Assembly (NCBI GenBank): GCA_049999805.1
Contig: JBNGIO010006079.1
Coordinates: 130,203-194,202, forward strand
DNA: 64,000 nucleotides
Origin: Folioceros fuciformis
Taxonomy: Eukaryota
Direction of reading: 5' to 3'
Shown here: in pieces, positions 29,028-42,167 of the stretch
Layout: the number at the start of each line of letters is the position of its first letter
Position numbering within the stretch: the stretch's first letter is position 1
Notes under the pieces: model-generated
Told to the model about the DNA's origin: nothing
The model's input: only the letters and a program-made list of their open reading frames with translations
Databases searched by the model: none
Program-made: the position numbers and the translations under genes

Positions 29028-29743
29028 CTTTTGTCCTTTGCTGAGATCTCTTATGATCCTCCGGAATGGATCTCTCAATGCGTAGGATAAGATAATTAAC
29101 AAGTACAGAACTCTAGGCCCACTTAGTGCCCATTGGCCAGGGCACAATGCATTAGTCCCTAGTTCTTCGAGTTCGCGATTGTTTTGGCCTGCACCGTGTT
29201 CGACTGAGTTCTCATGCGTTAGGAGTGTTTACAGTTGGCCTAAGTTCTCCCGCGTTTAGGAGGGTCTACAATTCTTTGTTGTTGCATATTGCACTGAGCA
29301 CAGGAGCGCTTTGACCTCTCCTCTCGCCCCACATTTTCCTTGGGTAGTTGTGTCTCCTCTTTTACGCGAAGGATGGGAACAGCGAGCTGCTGGAAAACTT
29401 CTCAGACTGCCGAAACTGAGCTAGGCACGCTGGCACCGGAGCTCCATTTGCTCTGAGCTATGGCAAAGTTCACGTTCAGGGTTGTTAGCTTACCGAAGAC
29501 TACTGGTAAGTGAAATGCTGTGGATGCCGACTCGTCATGGATGGTTCTTCTGCAGCTTTGCTGAAGTCTGATGGATCTTTCTGCTATTGATCGTTGCAAA
29601 TTAGAGGCACCAGATTGGACGCTGGATGCAAACCTGAACGGGTTTGCAGTTTTGGGTTGTGAAATCTCGCAACGTACCAATTATTGGGTTACAGAGCTCC
29701 CATGAGATTGGTTGGTTTTACAAGTTGTCGAAAGCATCTCCCA

Positions 29744-31942
29744 TTAAGTGTTGAGCATAACGCTGGAGTCGTGGTATCCTTGTTGCTCCAATGTGACTAG
29801 AAGATACCTTAGATAGGAGTAAATATTTTTGCTTTCAGGATGCTGTCGGTCCCCCACCACAAACACATGCGAAGTTCCACTCATGTCCATCCACTGGCTG
29901 CGACCTGGTTCCTTCCGTGCTCCCGACTTCATTCTGGCCGCCTGAACCTTCTTCGCCTCCATCGGCATATGAGCAGCCGTGAAAATGTTCGACATCAAAA
30001 CATAAACTGCAGCATCACTTTTGTCTACCTTGAGTGCACATTCAAATGCTTGTCGTCCAAGTTCAACATTTTCCCACTTTTGACAAGCACCCAGAATGCA
30101 TTTCCATACTGTGCTGTCAGGCTGAAAAGGCATCGTCTTCGCCAAGCCTATGGCCCTATCGACTTGGCCTGCACGGCCAAGTAGATCAACCATGCAACTG
30201 TAGTGTTGGAGTGTTGGACTGACGCCATAGTCTCTACTCATAACAGAAAAGTAAGTGTAGCCACTGTCTAGTAGACCCACGTGATTGCAAACATTCAGAA
30301 CAGCAAGAAATGTGACGTCATTCGGTTGCACACCCTCCTGCTGCATTCTATTAAATAAGTGGAAGACAACATCGCTCTCACCCTGACGGGCATATCCCGA
30401 AATCAGTGCATTCCATGTAACGTGATCTTTACTTGGCATTGCATCGAACACTCGTTGTGCATCCAGCATGCTGGAACATTTACTGTACATGTCAATCAAG
30501 CTATTGCTCATAAAGCAGTCTGGATCTATTCCCGATTGCAGGATCTGGGAATGGACTTCCTTCCCCGTTTCCAGACCTGCCATACTACTACAAGCGTTGA
30601 GAGCACCGACATATGTTCGATCATTTGGTCTCACCCCTTCATGTTGCATCCGTCTATACAACTGCAAAGCCTCTTCACCCTTGTTCATCCGTGCATATCC
30701 TACGATCATGGCAGTCCAAGACACTACATCACGTCGTACCATTGTCTCAAACACCTGCCTGGCAATCTCCAAGCTTCCACATTTTGCATACGCGTCTACC
30801 AACATTGTCCCTACAAATACATCTAACTCAAGCTGCTTTCCCCTGAGATCTGCGTGAATGCTTGAGACGGTATCCAGGCAACGTTTTCTCTCAACCAAGC
30901 TGTCCCCACCTGCCGTCTCTATCAACTCTGCAATGCTACTGCAAGCTTTAAATACACCAACATACGTCCGGTCATCAGGCACCACACCTTCCTGTCTCAT
31001 CCTCTCATACAGTATCAAAGCTTCTTCTCCCTGTTCCAGCTGGGAATATCTCAAAATCAAGGAATTCCAGGACACCACATCCCGATGAGGAATGTCCTCA
31101 AACACTTGCCTAGCGTTCACCAAGTCTCCACATCTCGCATACGCATCCACCAGCATTGTACCTACAAAAACATTACTCTCCAACTTCCTCTGCTTAATAT
31201 CTGCATGGATGGTGGCCACAGCTTCCAGGCATTGTTCCTTCGAAATACTTTCAATCGAACTGCAGGCCTTGAGGATGCACACATACGTTCGGGCATTGGG
31301 AACCACCCCTTCCTCTTGCATCCGCGCAAACAAGCTCAAAGCCTCTTGACCATTCTCCTTGTGGGCGTACGCTGAGATTAAGGCAGTCCAGGGCACAACA
31401 TCACGACGAGGCAGGTTTTCAAACACCCGCCGAGCATTCTCCACGCTCCCACACTTTGCATACGCATCCACCAACATGGTGGCCACATATGCATCTGCAT
31501 CCCATCCACATTTCACCGCCTCTGCATGAATCTGCTTCACTCCATGCAAGTCCTGAGTTCTGCTGCACTCCTTCAAAAGATGGACAAAAGTGCTCGGGCT
31601 CAATTCCACTCCCTCCTCTCGCATTGCCTCAAGTATCTTGACAGGATGTCTGTTCTGCTGCTCAGCGCGTTTAAGACCTTGGGCCTTCCAGGAGTCCACT
31701 CCTCCTTGCCCGCCTGCACCATGCAAAGGGCTGCCTCTTTCGGCAGTCTCCCCGCCAGCTCTGATGCATAGAACAGAGCTCCACAGACAGTATGGCCCGC
31801 ATTCTGCAGCACCAGCCCTCCTGTGGACCACGAAAAGTGCCGCCCTGACGGGCTTGTGGGTGAAATATTGGGAAGTGGTACCGAGCTGATCACAACCCAT
31901 CCGACCTATATGCTCTGCATTTAGAGAGCAGAGAACCAACAC
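29744..31942 (-). CDS. PLS-class PPR protein with E1/E2 and PG box, DYW truncated
   Basis: P-L-S triplets, 'HYSCMVDLLGRAG', 'KEPGRSQWMDMSGTSHVFVVGDRQHP'; true start uncertain (ATG at 31900 or upstream exon). Confidence 0.9.
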   Translation of the reverse strand: MLVLCSLNAEHIGRMGCDQLGTTSQYFTHKPVRAALFVVHRRAGAAECGPYCLWSSVLCIRAGGETAERGSPLHGAGGQGGVDSWKAQGLKRAEQQNRHPVKILEAMREEGVELSPSTFVHLLKECSRTQDLHGVKQIHAEAVKCGWDADAYVATMLVDAYAKCGSVENARRVFENLPRRDVVPWTALISAYAHKENGQEALSLFARMQEEGVVPNARTYVCILKACSSIESISKEQCLEAVATIHADIKQRKLESNVFVGTMLVDAYARCGDLVNARQVFEDIPHRDVVSWNSLILRYSQLEQGEEALILYERMRQEGVVPDDRTYVGVFKACSSIAELIETAGGDSLVERKRCLDTVSSIHADLRGKQLELDVFVGTMLVDAYAKCGSLEIARQVFETMVRRDVVSWTAMIVGYARMNKGEEALQLYRRMQHEGVRPNDRTYVGALNACSSMAGLETGKEVHSQILQSGIDPDCFMSNSLIDMYSKCSSMLDAQRVFDAMPSKDHVTWNALISGYARQGESDVVFHLFNRMQQEGVQPNDVTFLAVLNVCNHVGLLDSGYTYFSVMSRDYGVSPTLQHYSCMVDLLGRAGQVDRAIGLAKTMPFQPDSTVWKCILGACQKWENVELGRQAFECALKVDKSDAAVYVLMSNIFTAAHMPMEAKKVQAARMKSGARKEPGRSQWMDMSGTSHVFVVGDRQHPESKNIYSYLRYLLVTLEQQGYHDSSVMLNT

Positions 31943-32601
31943 TCGAACGCCCTCTCAGCTGTAGGGAGCGTGGTAGGAGACGGACATGTCCACTCTGAGG
32001 GCAGGAATTTCATAATTTGATAGCCTGAGCTTATCAGAAGGAACATCACGGTAACAAGGACCCGGCTTCTTCCTGATCCTGAGCCATCGCTGTGCAGAAT
32101 GCCACGCATATTTAGAGGACAGTGGAGTTTCCGAAGATGCGTAGATCCACCTAGTTCTGCTCCTGCCTCTCCTGTCCAGGCCTGGCCCTGCCTCAACATC
32201 GAGTCTCTGGTGTCGAATGTAGTGTCTACCACCCCAATCTCCTGACAGGCATGTGAGACAGATACAACATGAAAGCTGAGGTCTGAGTCCATGCATAGCC
32301 TGCGTTCTCGTCGAGGTAGAAGGGTCGACGAAGGTGAAGTACATATATACCGCACACCGCAGACCTAACCTGCGAGGAATAAAGCAAGTCTTCCCCTCCC
32401 TTCGCCTTGTTTTGATTTGTGTGACCGTCCAGCTCGGGGGCTCAGTCGGGTTGCAGATGTTGTTGGACGAATCTAGGAGTCGTGAATTGTGGAACCTTTC
32501 AATTGGCAGGGAAAGGGGACAGACACCTCCGCCTGTTGCAGTCAAATTGCTGAGCTGAGGGGACCAGATCTGTTGAAACAGGTCTGTACAGCTACTTCGA
32601 G

Positions 32602-35600
32602 ATGTTGGAGAAGCTGGGATTGCCTGCCAAGCCAGCTGCAAGGGGTTCCAGTTGGGTGCTGGACGCTTCCCACTGCCAGGGCTGCTCTGCTGCCTTCACG
32701 GTCTTCAATCGGAAAGTATGTTTTGCCTCTTGCTCTTCTAGTTCTCTTCTTGGACGAGGATTGCAATCACTTAGATTTTTGTCCTGAGTGCTGGAAGCTG
32801 CACGGTGGATGGATGTGTTCCCTCGTCGAAATTATCATGCTAGATTTCGTGTCTGCAGTGTTGCGCTAGTTTAGGCCTAGCTGGTTGGGAATTCACCATG
32901 GGTACCGTCAATTGTGGCTTTAGAACCATTGTCGCAGATGTGGAGGAATATTTTGTGCGAACTGCACAAACCACAGACTGATATTGCGTGGGCAAGGAGA
33001 GCATCCTGTGCGGGTCTGTGAGCAGTGTAGGAAATTTGAAGAAGCTTCTCGAATTGAATCTCGGCCATGGTTGAAAAACAAGGTTAATAGAGGTGAGAGC
33101 CTCCATGTCAGTCATTTCTTGGCTCTCGATTTGCGTGGGTGCTTCCATTCGGCGATTAGGCTTACTGAATTGCTACTGACTGATGTAGGGGGTTCCAAGT
33201 CAGCCGGTGGTGCAGACGCAGATGCACTCTTGAAACAGTTGCTTGGTGGTAGTTCTGAGCCGGATGACCTGAGTGTTGAGAAGTTGTTGGAAGATCATTT
33301 TCCATCAAGCTCTGCGCGCTCTGATGGCGTCGATGACAAGCGTAAGCAAGGCCATTCTCGCGCTGCATCCGTGGGAGGGGATGTGGGCGCTACAGCTGAG
33401 CCTGTGTCTCCTGAGAAACTTCGTGAGCAGGCACAAGAGGAAAGGAAGAGATACACAGAGCTGAAGAAGGATGGGAAGGGTGAGGAGGCTTTGAAAGCGT
33501 TTAAGCGGTCGAAGGAGCTTGGCCGTCAGGCAGAAGCACTGGAACTTGCTTTGAGGAAAAGTAAGCGAAAGGCACCCCTTACGCATCATCGTGACGATCC
33601 CAAACAGGAAAAGGTGGTGGACGAAGGAGTGTCATCCAAAGATTCTGGCGTGAAGCATCCTGGACTGGCAGGCAGAAGAGCCAGCAGCCTGAATGCCGTT
33701 GGGCAAAGTTATGATCTCGTCAATGCGTTGAAGGATATAGGATGGGATGACTCCGATCTCTCAGAGCAAAAAGATAAACCTGTTGGAAAAGGTGACTTTC
33801 ACAGTGAGCTAGCAGCCATACTTGAAAGTGCAGAGGATGCACCTAGAGCTTCAGGTGAAAAGAAAGTTACAAATCAACCTGGTGATGGAGTTAAAATGCA
33901 AATATTGGGACACAAGCGACGAGCTGTGGCTTTGAAGAAAGAAGGGAAGATGGCTGAAGCAAAAGAAGAACTGAAGAAGGCCAAGGTTCTGGAAAGACAA
34001 CAGGAAGAGGCTGCACTTCTGGGAGAAGGAGGAGATGAGGAGGAAGATGAGTTGACCATACTCATGCGCAGTTTAGAGAAGGAGGCCAACACTGGCAAGT
34101 CTAGGACTGCAGTTCCTACGGATACAGCTTTGGATTTCAACATGTTGTCCTCCTTGAATGAGGATGACGATGATACCCATGTGGATGTATCAGATGCTGA
34201 CTTAAATGATCCAGCTATGGTGGAGGCACTAAGAGCCATGGGTTGGGCAGAGGAGGCTGATGCCATGCAGAGGTCATCGGTTCCAGATGCTGGTTTACAG
34301 CATCTCCACTCTGCCATTTCTAGGGAACAGGAGCTGCAAAAGCAGATTTTGGCACAGAAGGAACGAGCTTTGGCTTTAAGGCGAGAAGGGAAGAGGGAAG
34401 AAGCTCGAGACGAGCTTAAGCGAGCGAAGTTGTTGGAACAGGAACTGCAGGAGTTGAAGAATAGTTCTGTTTCTGCTGCCAGTGAGTCACAATCTGCTAC
34501 CCGGCCTGTCGCCCGTTACAAAGACTCTGCTGGTGGAACCGTTACTCCGGCGATTCCCGGTTTAGATACCATACTAAGCAGTGATGATGTGGATGTCGAT
34601 GTGACAGAAGATGACATGCAGGATCCAGATCTCATGGGTGCCCTGCGTGCTATGGGCTTTGCTGATGAGCTTCCCTCAACGAAACCTCTGATGGCTGCTG
34701 CTCGTCCGAGTCGCCAGGACACAGCTATATTGCAGCAAGAAATACTTGCGATAAAAAGATCTGCTTTAGCACTCAAACGTGAAGGCAAGGTTGCAGAAGC
34801 CAAAGAGCAGCTCTTGCGCTCGAGAGCGTTGGAGGAAACACTTGCCAAACAGCAGAGCGAACTGAAGGCAGCAGAGGAATTGCCGAATGTCACCGTTCGC
34901 TATCAGGTGCCCACTGCCAGTGGAAAGGTGTCCATAAGAAGACAGTCCATTGAACAATCCACCCTTGACCTCTCAAATGGAGGTGAGGACACAGATGGAG
35001 AAGAAGCGGAAGCGGATGTGGAAGAGTCCGATTACATGGATCCAGATATTGCAGCAGCTCTGCGCAACATGGGCTGGGAGGAGGATACATCTCATCCTCA
35101 GGAACACGGCAAAGAGACCCAGACTTTTCCCACTCGGGCTCATGATGAACCTGAGACAAGCTTATATACTAATCAACATCCTCCTAGCGGAAAGACCAAA
35201 TCCGAGCTCCAAAAAGAGTTGTTGGGCCTTAAAAGGCGTGCTTTGGCGTTAAAGCGGGAAGGTAGAGTGGAAGAGGCAAATGAAGTGCTTCGGCAGTCGA
35301 GGGTATTAGAGAAACAGTTTGAGGAAATGGAGCTTGTGGAACCCTCAGGGAAGGGGAAGCGTCCACCTGAACATTTCTCACAACAACCCGCTTTGCAACC
35401 GTCGATGTTTGATGACCGGAATGAGGAGAATGTCCAAGTCACAGATGAGGATATGCTGGACCCGCAGCTGATGGCAGCCCTTCAAAATATGGGTTGGAAG
35501 GAAGAGGCACGTGCACCAGCGGAACGAAGTCATGAAACTGGAAGGAAGGAGTCTGAATCTGCAGGTACCAGCGGTAGTAATATATCGTGGGGTGGGAAAG

Positions 35601-37054
35601 ATGTCCAGGTTTCGGGGCTGGGTGTTTCTACTGATGCGGATGAACCACGGTCTGGGAACGATACCGCACAGATCAAGGGAAAGGGTGCTTGGAATGAAGA
35701 CGACCCTTTCAGTGGTGAGTATGGGGAGATTGGAAAATCAGTAGACTTAGCTGCTCCATTGCTTGATCATCCTCTTCAGAATATAGGGAACTTTTTCAAG
35801 TCGGTTTTGCCAACGTCTCGTCCAGCGCCTGCCAAGGGAGCGCCTGTGGATCTTCTTACTGGTGATTTATGGGAGCCGCCACTGGCCCAGAAAGTTGCAA
35901 TTCAACCACCAACAAAACGAGTGGTAGCAAATGACGAAGGGGAAGCAGTTGAGGATCTGCTTGATCCAGCTTTGATGGCTACGCTCGCAGGCCTTGGAAT
36001 CACAGACGTGAAGAAAAACCAAGTCCGCGTTCAGGATGAGGCAAAGGCGGTGGACTATGTGCAAAGGAAGATCCCTGCTCTTCCCAAACGAGAGGCAGAG
36101 GTTGCAGTGGGGAAGGTGGATTTTTCTGGCAGAAACAATGATCATAAATCTTTGCAAGTAAATAGTGGACCAGATTCCGGCCAAGGTGCTCATCTCGGCA
36201 ATTCAGTTGCAGGTTTGCAGCAAGAAATTTTGGCTCACAAAAGGAAGGCACTGGCACTAAAGCGAGAGGGCAAGCGAGCGGAGGCGACGGATGCACTCAA
36301 GCAAGCCAAACTGCTAGAGCTACAGCTGGAGCGACTGAATCTTGGTGAAGCTGGAAATTCGAAACCTTCGAACCCGACTGTAATTTCAAATGAGAAGCGA
36401 CAAGAACTGTCCAGCTCATCTGCACCCATTGCACCCCCCTCGGTGCAGATATCTAGGGTGGCTGAGCAAGTAGTGGCACCTCCGTCCCAACCTTCAAGAT
36501 CTGAAAAGGTGGTACCAGCCCTCAGCAAAGAGCATAAGCAGCAACAAATTCGCCAGGGAAAAGACCGTATGAAGCTGCAGCAGGAATCCCTTGCTCACAA
36601 ACGCAAGGCTCTGGGACTTCGCCGGGAGGGCAAGGCAGAGGAAGCAGAGGCGGAGTTCGAGTTAGCAAAGGCTCTGGAGGAGCAGATGAAGGAACTGGAG
36701 CCGGAGAAAACAGATGCCCATGAAGTAGGTGAGGTGGAGAACATCTTCGATTCTCAGCTGATGGCAGCTCTTGCAGGGCTGGGCTTGACAGACACAGCTA
36801 AGCCAGTGGCTAATAGCAGGGCTAACCAACCACCAGCAGCGCGACCTCTCACGACCCCAGCTACTCCAGCCCCTGTTTCTGCCCAAGTGCAGAAATCGAA
36901 CACCTCACGAACACAGGCCCTGGAGGACAAAATCAAATCCGAAAAGGTGAGAGCTGTTCAGTTGAAGCGTGCTGGAAAGCCAGGAGAGGCCATGGACGCG
37001 CTTCGGGAAGCAAAGAAGCTCGAAAAGCAGCTCCTGTCTCTCACGTCTCAGTAA
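32602..37054 (+). CDS. FYVE-domain protein with repeated DM14/TPR-like helical hairpins (Arabidopsis FYVE4-like)
   Basis: Exon 1 'MLEKLGLPAKPAARGSSWVLDASHCQGC...NRK', exon 2 'HHCRRCGGIFC...PVRVCEQC'; large exon 3 with about 8 repeats 'QEILAHKRKALALKREGK..EA..LK.AK.LE'. Confidence 0.9.
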
Positions 37055-38194
37055 CATAAATCTGGAGCAGGTCAGGGTAGACGTAGGTATACACTTTCCA
37101 AAGTCACATCTGCATCTCTGTGACGTATAATGTAATTTTACCCTTTATATGCTGAAATTCTTTTTCTTGCCTCTGGGGGAAAATGGAGTGTAGAGGTTGT
37201 TGGCCAGACGTCGCCCCGGTGAGGCGGGTGCTGTCACAGGGACCGGGTGAGGAACGTGCTTATCGTTCCAACTCACAACCACCCCACCAACTCCGGCCGG
37301 AATGTAGCTGCACCATTCTTGATTGAGAACCGCAATGTGCGTGCTGTACGCCAGCTCGGGCTTGCTGGCTGCAGCGGAGCCTTGTTTAGATCGCCCGGCT
37401 CGCCATAACAGGGAAACGAAGCATAAGAAAATAATAATAAAAATGGATACACCGATCTGATGGGAGGCCCTATATATGTACATGTAGGTCTGCACAAAGG
37501 TACGACAGACCACAGCTAGTGTCGCCGTGCTTCTCTGGCTTTTCTGCAACTACTCTCGACGTTGCAATCTTGGCGATACTTTTCATGCAGCCTGGTCAAT
37601 CCGGGGCTTGAAGGCGCGCTTTGGATTACTGCCTGCGCGTCGGAGAAGAATCCTCTGGAGGTTTTTGGCGTCTTTGGCTTGCTGTGATTGCCTCCTCCTG
37701 CTTTGGTGGAATGGTTTGAAATTCTCGTTGGACTTCAAGGTGGAGGCCCGTGGCGGGGGTTTGCTGTGTAGCGTTCCTGTACGTCTGTCTTTGCCTGACT
37801 TTGTGCGGTTCTTTCGCATACTTCTCTTCTAGAAATGTTCATGGATGCCTTGGGAAACGCTTTTGCGCCGTTGCAGAGAGGTTGCTTATCGCATGCAATT
37901 TGAAGAAAGTCTGAGTTCTGTTTGGGGGACGCTCATTGAGAAGTGGAGTAGAATAGATTCCAGCTGCTGAGAGGTGGAAATAGATCCGGAGAGGAGGAGT
38001 CTTGCAGCTGATCACGTGCATTCAGATTCTTTTGGTTTTTTGCAGGCATTGGCGAGATTTTTCGGGAGTGACGAACGGCGCATTGTGGATGCTAGCGCGT
38101 TTGCGCATGTGAGTGGAATTTATGTCATCTACAAGCCGGGTCGTGCCAAGCAAGCTTTGCAAGGGAGACACAGACGATTTTGCAGGTGGCAGCT

Positions 38195-39460
38195 ATGACT
38201 GTCAGGAGACGTGAATCTGAAGTTGTTGCCGAGGGCAGAAAGAGTGAGATTGATCGTTCGGTGGAGGACCACGCGTCGCCGCGGGATGGTTTGGAAGGCA
38301 CGGCGCAGAATTTGTGGAAAAAGGTGAAGCGCAGCTATCATCTGGTTGAGTTTCATGCTCTTCCAGACTACCTCAGGGATAACGACTACATCCTGAAGTA
38401 TTACAGAGCAGATTGGCCTCTCAAGCAAACACTCCTCAGCGTCTTCACTCTACATAATGAGACGATCAACATCTGGACGTGAGTCTTGCTCTTGGTTCTA
38501 CCCTGTCATACCCTCGATTCTTGGACCATGACTTACGTGTTTTTTCTTGTTCTGGTGCAGGCACTTAATAGGGTTCTTTCTCTTTTTGTTCCTAACCATT
38601 TATGCCGTTCCACAAGTGGTGGATTTGCAAGGGTTCCATCTGAAGGAATTGCTCACCAACTGTCTTCCTGAAAGCTTTTCCACATCCAATCGAACAAGCC
38701 AGTGTTTGCTGGTAAGGGTTACTGCAGCGCATGTTCGAATGTTCATATGGCCTTTGGTAAGGATGTTTCCTTGTAGATCTGACTGCTTGTATTCCTGCAG
38801 ACCACTATGAAACACGAGGTCGCAAATATGGTGGTTCCATTCTTAAACAAGCCTATAGCTCGCTGGCCTTTCTACATATTCCTTATTGGAGCCATGTTCT
38901 GCCTCTTGTCCAGTGCTATCTTTCATCTCCTTTCGTGTCACTCTGCACGATTATCATATATTATGGTGCGGCTAGATTATGCTGGCATCTCTTCATTGAT
39001 TGCAGCCTCTTTCTTCCCCCCAGTCTATTATGGATTCTTTTGTGAGCCGCATTTACAACTTCTGTATCTCACTGCTATATCAGTTCTTGGCATTGTAACC
39101 ATGGCAGTGTCTCTGATTCCAGCATTTCAGACTCCGCAATACAGACATATCCGTGCTGGCCTGTTCTTTGGAATGGGAATATCTGGAGTTGTTCCTTGTG
39201 TGCATAAGCTCTTGCTCTATGGGAATGACCCTATAGCTATGACTACGACAGGGTACGAGGTTCTGATGGGTCTTCTGTATGGAGTTGGTGCTCTACTGTA
39301 TGCAGCTCGAATTCCCGAGCGATGGAAACCTGGCCTGTTCGATCTTGCTGGCCATAGCCACCAAATCTTCCATGTGTTGGTCGTTGCTGGTGCTTTTACC
39401 CATTACAGAACTGGACTCCTGTATCTGAAATGGCGAGATGTCGGCAGCTGCAGGGCCTGA
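38195..39460 (+). CDS. HHP: Heptahelical PAQR/ADIPOR-like protein (HHP), 3 exons
   Basis: 'LPDYLRDNDYI..YYR', 'HNETINIWTHL', 'SAIFHLLSCHS', 'RLDYAGI', 'RIPERWKPGLFDLAGHSHQIFHVLVV'. Confidence 0.92.
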
Positions 39461-39948
39461 TATTTGTGTCTTTGCTCCGTTAGAAGCTTTCCAAGCTGCA
39501 TCCGCTTGGAAAGCCCATGTCTGCATTGTGTTCCCAAGACAAGCAGGTGACACAAATCTGGTCATAGACTAAGACAAGACAACATTGCTTTATATGTTCT
39601 TTGCGTCTCGTAAACCCGATCGACGAGAGCTAAACTTTTTGACTCCGTTGCACCGTATTAAAGCGACTTGTAGATTGTTGGGTATTTACGTAGTGGAAAA
39701 TCTGAAACTCTCACATGAAATCATGTAAAGAATTTTTTTTTTTTTTATAACTCACACTTTTCCACCCACTTGGTTCGTGTCCACCTCTGTTCTCACGCTG
39801 CGGGTATACTCGACCCTTCCTAACAGAGAGCTCTGATACGCCCGCTGTTGCAATGTCAAAGCTCACAAACCAGACACAAAACTAAACAGCATGCGCAAGT
39901 CTGATGTACAGTGTTGGAGGAGGACATTTCCCGTCCCCAATCCATAAC

Positions 39949-41283
39949 CTACAACATATATATGATGTTCAGATAAATGGCGATGTAAAAGGCGATGGAT
40001 ATGACGGCAAATATGTGCTGCCAGAGTAGGATTGCAGCTGCTTCCTTCTCTGCAAAGCCCCGCAAGGTTGCCATGGCTCCTACAAGGATAGCACTGGGCA
40101 TTGTATGCTGTAGGAGGAGAACGAACATAAACATGGAATCACCGTGCGGCACAAAGCCAAGTTTGTCTGCAACTAGCACCACTACAATACCCACTGGTGG
40201 CAGCACGAACAAGCGTGTGAAACAAATCCCAACAGTTGTCCTGATCCCAAGTGAAGAACTACTGGGTCCATCAGCAAACGTGCCTCCCATCACAAGCATG
40301 ATGCAGGGGACCATTGCCCCTGCGATGATGGACAGACTGTCAGTGAAAAACTCCAGTGGAGCATCTTCCCCGAAAAGGAAGGAGCTCCAATGTGGGAATA
40401 TGCCAACAATCATGGCCAACAGAGAAGCCAAGATAGGAGGCTGAAGCATGTGTTGCAGAGGAGTTCTTTCAGCCACCATGCGCATCTTCTTCACTACTTG
40501 GGGCTCAGCTAAGCATGGGACCTGTGTCCTTGGACTCCCACCATTCCTGTGCTCTTCCTCATCAGATGCTGCGTCGATACAGAATTCAGCAGAAAACACT
40601 CGTGAAATAAGAGGCGTCTTGCTGTCCTCTACTTCGGCGTCTTTCACCCCGGGCCACTCTGCCTCCAGGAGAGGCGTTTTCGTTGTACCATCTGATGAGT
40701 GCGTATTAACTGCCTCGGATGCCACAAGGTCGTAATAGTCCTCGGGGGGCTCCATCATGTGGTACACAAACGTGTAGATGGTGATGACAGCCACCCACTG
40801 CGAGAAAGCCACATACGCCACACCTGCTGTCTTACACTGTTCCCCGAAGGGATTTGTTATTCCACAGATGGATTCAACGATTGCAAGAGGTAGGTTTCCT
40901 GTGTTTCCGATGCCAGTCATTACAATGGTGAACTTGAAGAATTGCGGTGGGGGCTGGCAGATGACAGCCACTAGATAACCAAACAAACAGCCAATAACAG
41001 AGCTCAGAACTACATTTAAAGGGATGAACCACCAGTCCAACATATTCTGCAAGGTAACCAGTGCTCCCAACTCAGTAAAGATTAGGCAGGGTAGGAACAC
41101 AACAAACACAAGCTTGCTCAGCAGTTTGTAAGCGTCTGCGGTCAGAATGCGAATCCGGGGATGGGCCAGCAGATACCCCACCAAACAGATCGTTACAACC
41201 TTGAGAACTGGGACAAGGGCAAGCTCCACAACTTCCGCCTGATCCACCTTCCCTGACCCTAGAATCACCTGCAAGTTCTCCAT
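39949..41283 (-). CDS. PILS: PIN-LIKES auxin transporter (PILS2-like), intronless
   Basis: 'LSKLVFVVFLPCLIF', 'WWFIPLNV', 'GIGNTGNLPLAIV', 'GVAYVAFSQWV', 'FVLLLQHTMPSAIL'; ATG of MENLQ at 41283. Confidence 0.92.
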   Translation of the reverse strand: MENLQVILGSGKVDQAEVVELALVPVLKVVTICLVGYLLAHPRIRILTADAYKLLSKLVFVVFLPCLIFTELGALVTLQNMLDWWFIPLNVVLSSVIGCLFGYLVAVICQPPPQFFKFTIVMTGIGNTGNLPLAIVESICGITNPFGEQCKTAGVAYVAFSQWVAVITIYTFVYHMMEPPEDYYDLVASEAVNTHSSDGTTKTPLLEAEWPGVKDAEVEDSKTPLISRVFSAEFCIDAASDEEEHRNGGSPRTQVPCLAEPQVVKKMRMVAERTPLQHMLQPPILASLLAMIVGIFPHWSSFLFGEDAPLEFFTDSLSIIAGAMVPCIMLVMGGTFADGPSSSSLGIRTTVGICFTRLFVLPPVGIVVVLVADKLGFVPHGDSMFMFVLLLQHTMPSAILVGAMATLRGFAEKEAAAILLWQHIFAVISIAFYIAIYLNIIYML

Positions 41284-42167
41284 CACAAATCTCTCCGCGC
41301 ACACAGAGGACAGGCTGGTAACATACAGCGGCCGTGCCAAGATGTTGCAACCTCTTATATACAACGATCCTCCCTTGCAACCTGTTTCGAGATTTTGAGC
41401 ACCAACCCGATTCGCTCTCAAATTGGCTGTTCCAGCAGCACCTCCAACAAAGCCCGGCTCACAAGATTGACAGACCTCAGCAAAAGCATCCCCTCCACTG
41501 CCACAGTGCCCCCTGAAGAGTCAAGTGACTTGCGTCCCACATGAACATCCCCACCGAAACTTAGCTCCATCTACACCGCCCACCATCACTTTGCGGGCCC
41601 TCACATGCACAACATCCACCCACAATCTTCACCAGTGTTGGCAGTGGTGAGACGCTCCCACACCGATCCGTCGCCACTGTTTTCACGTTGAGAAGAAAAT
41701 TATCCATGACTGATTTTTGCGAATTACTTTACCCACTGCAAAAAGATTCTTCACATTCCAGGACGTCATCCATTACATTCACACGAACCGTACCTCAGCC
41801 AGCCAATTTCGTCACATCCAGACGTCCCATCGCCTCCTGCTTGCAAGAGGATGAGAAGCTGCAGTGACTATGCCTGGATGCAAACAGGACGCCTCGTGCG
41901 GAAGCGAAAAAGGAAGAATATTGAAAAGAGCTGTCGGGCTGGGACGGCAGGGCAGCAGCTTGCAAGGTCGACATTCACGACCCACCTTGTGCTGGATTTC
42001 TAGAGTGGACCAGTTTATATCCCAGTTGGAGGGCTGCAGGTAGCGACGCGTGAGGTGCGCACGGTGCTGTAGAGAGGAGAGTGTATGTGTTCTTGATAGA
42101 GCCTAGAGAGGGTATGTGGACGTCGCGAAACTTGCAACATGTTTGTAGGTGTGTCACATACGTGAGA

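Noticed and set aside
29402-29680. ORF downstream of PPR with 'RRTIHDESASTAFH', faintly like the end of a DYW domain
   Set aside because: No HxE, CxxC or terminal motif; similarity too weak to support by eye
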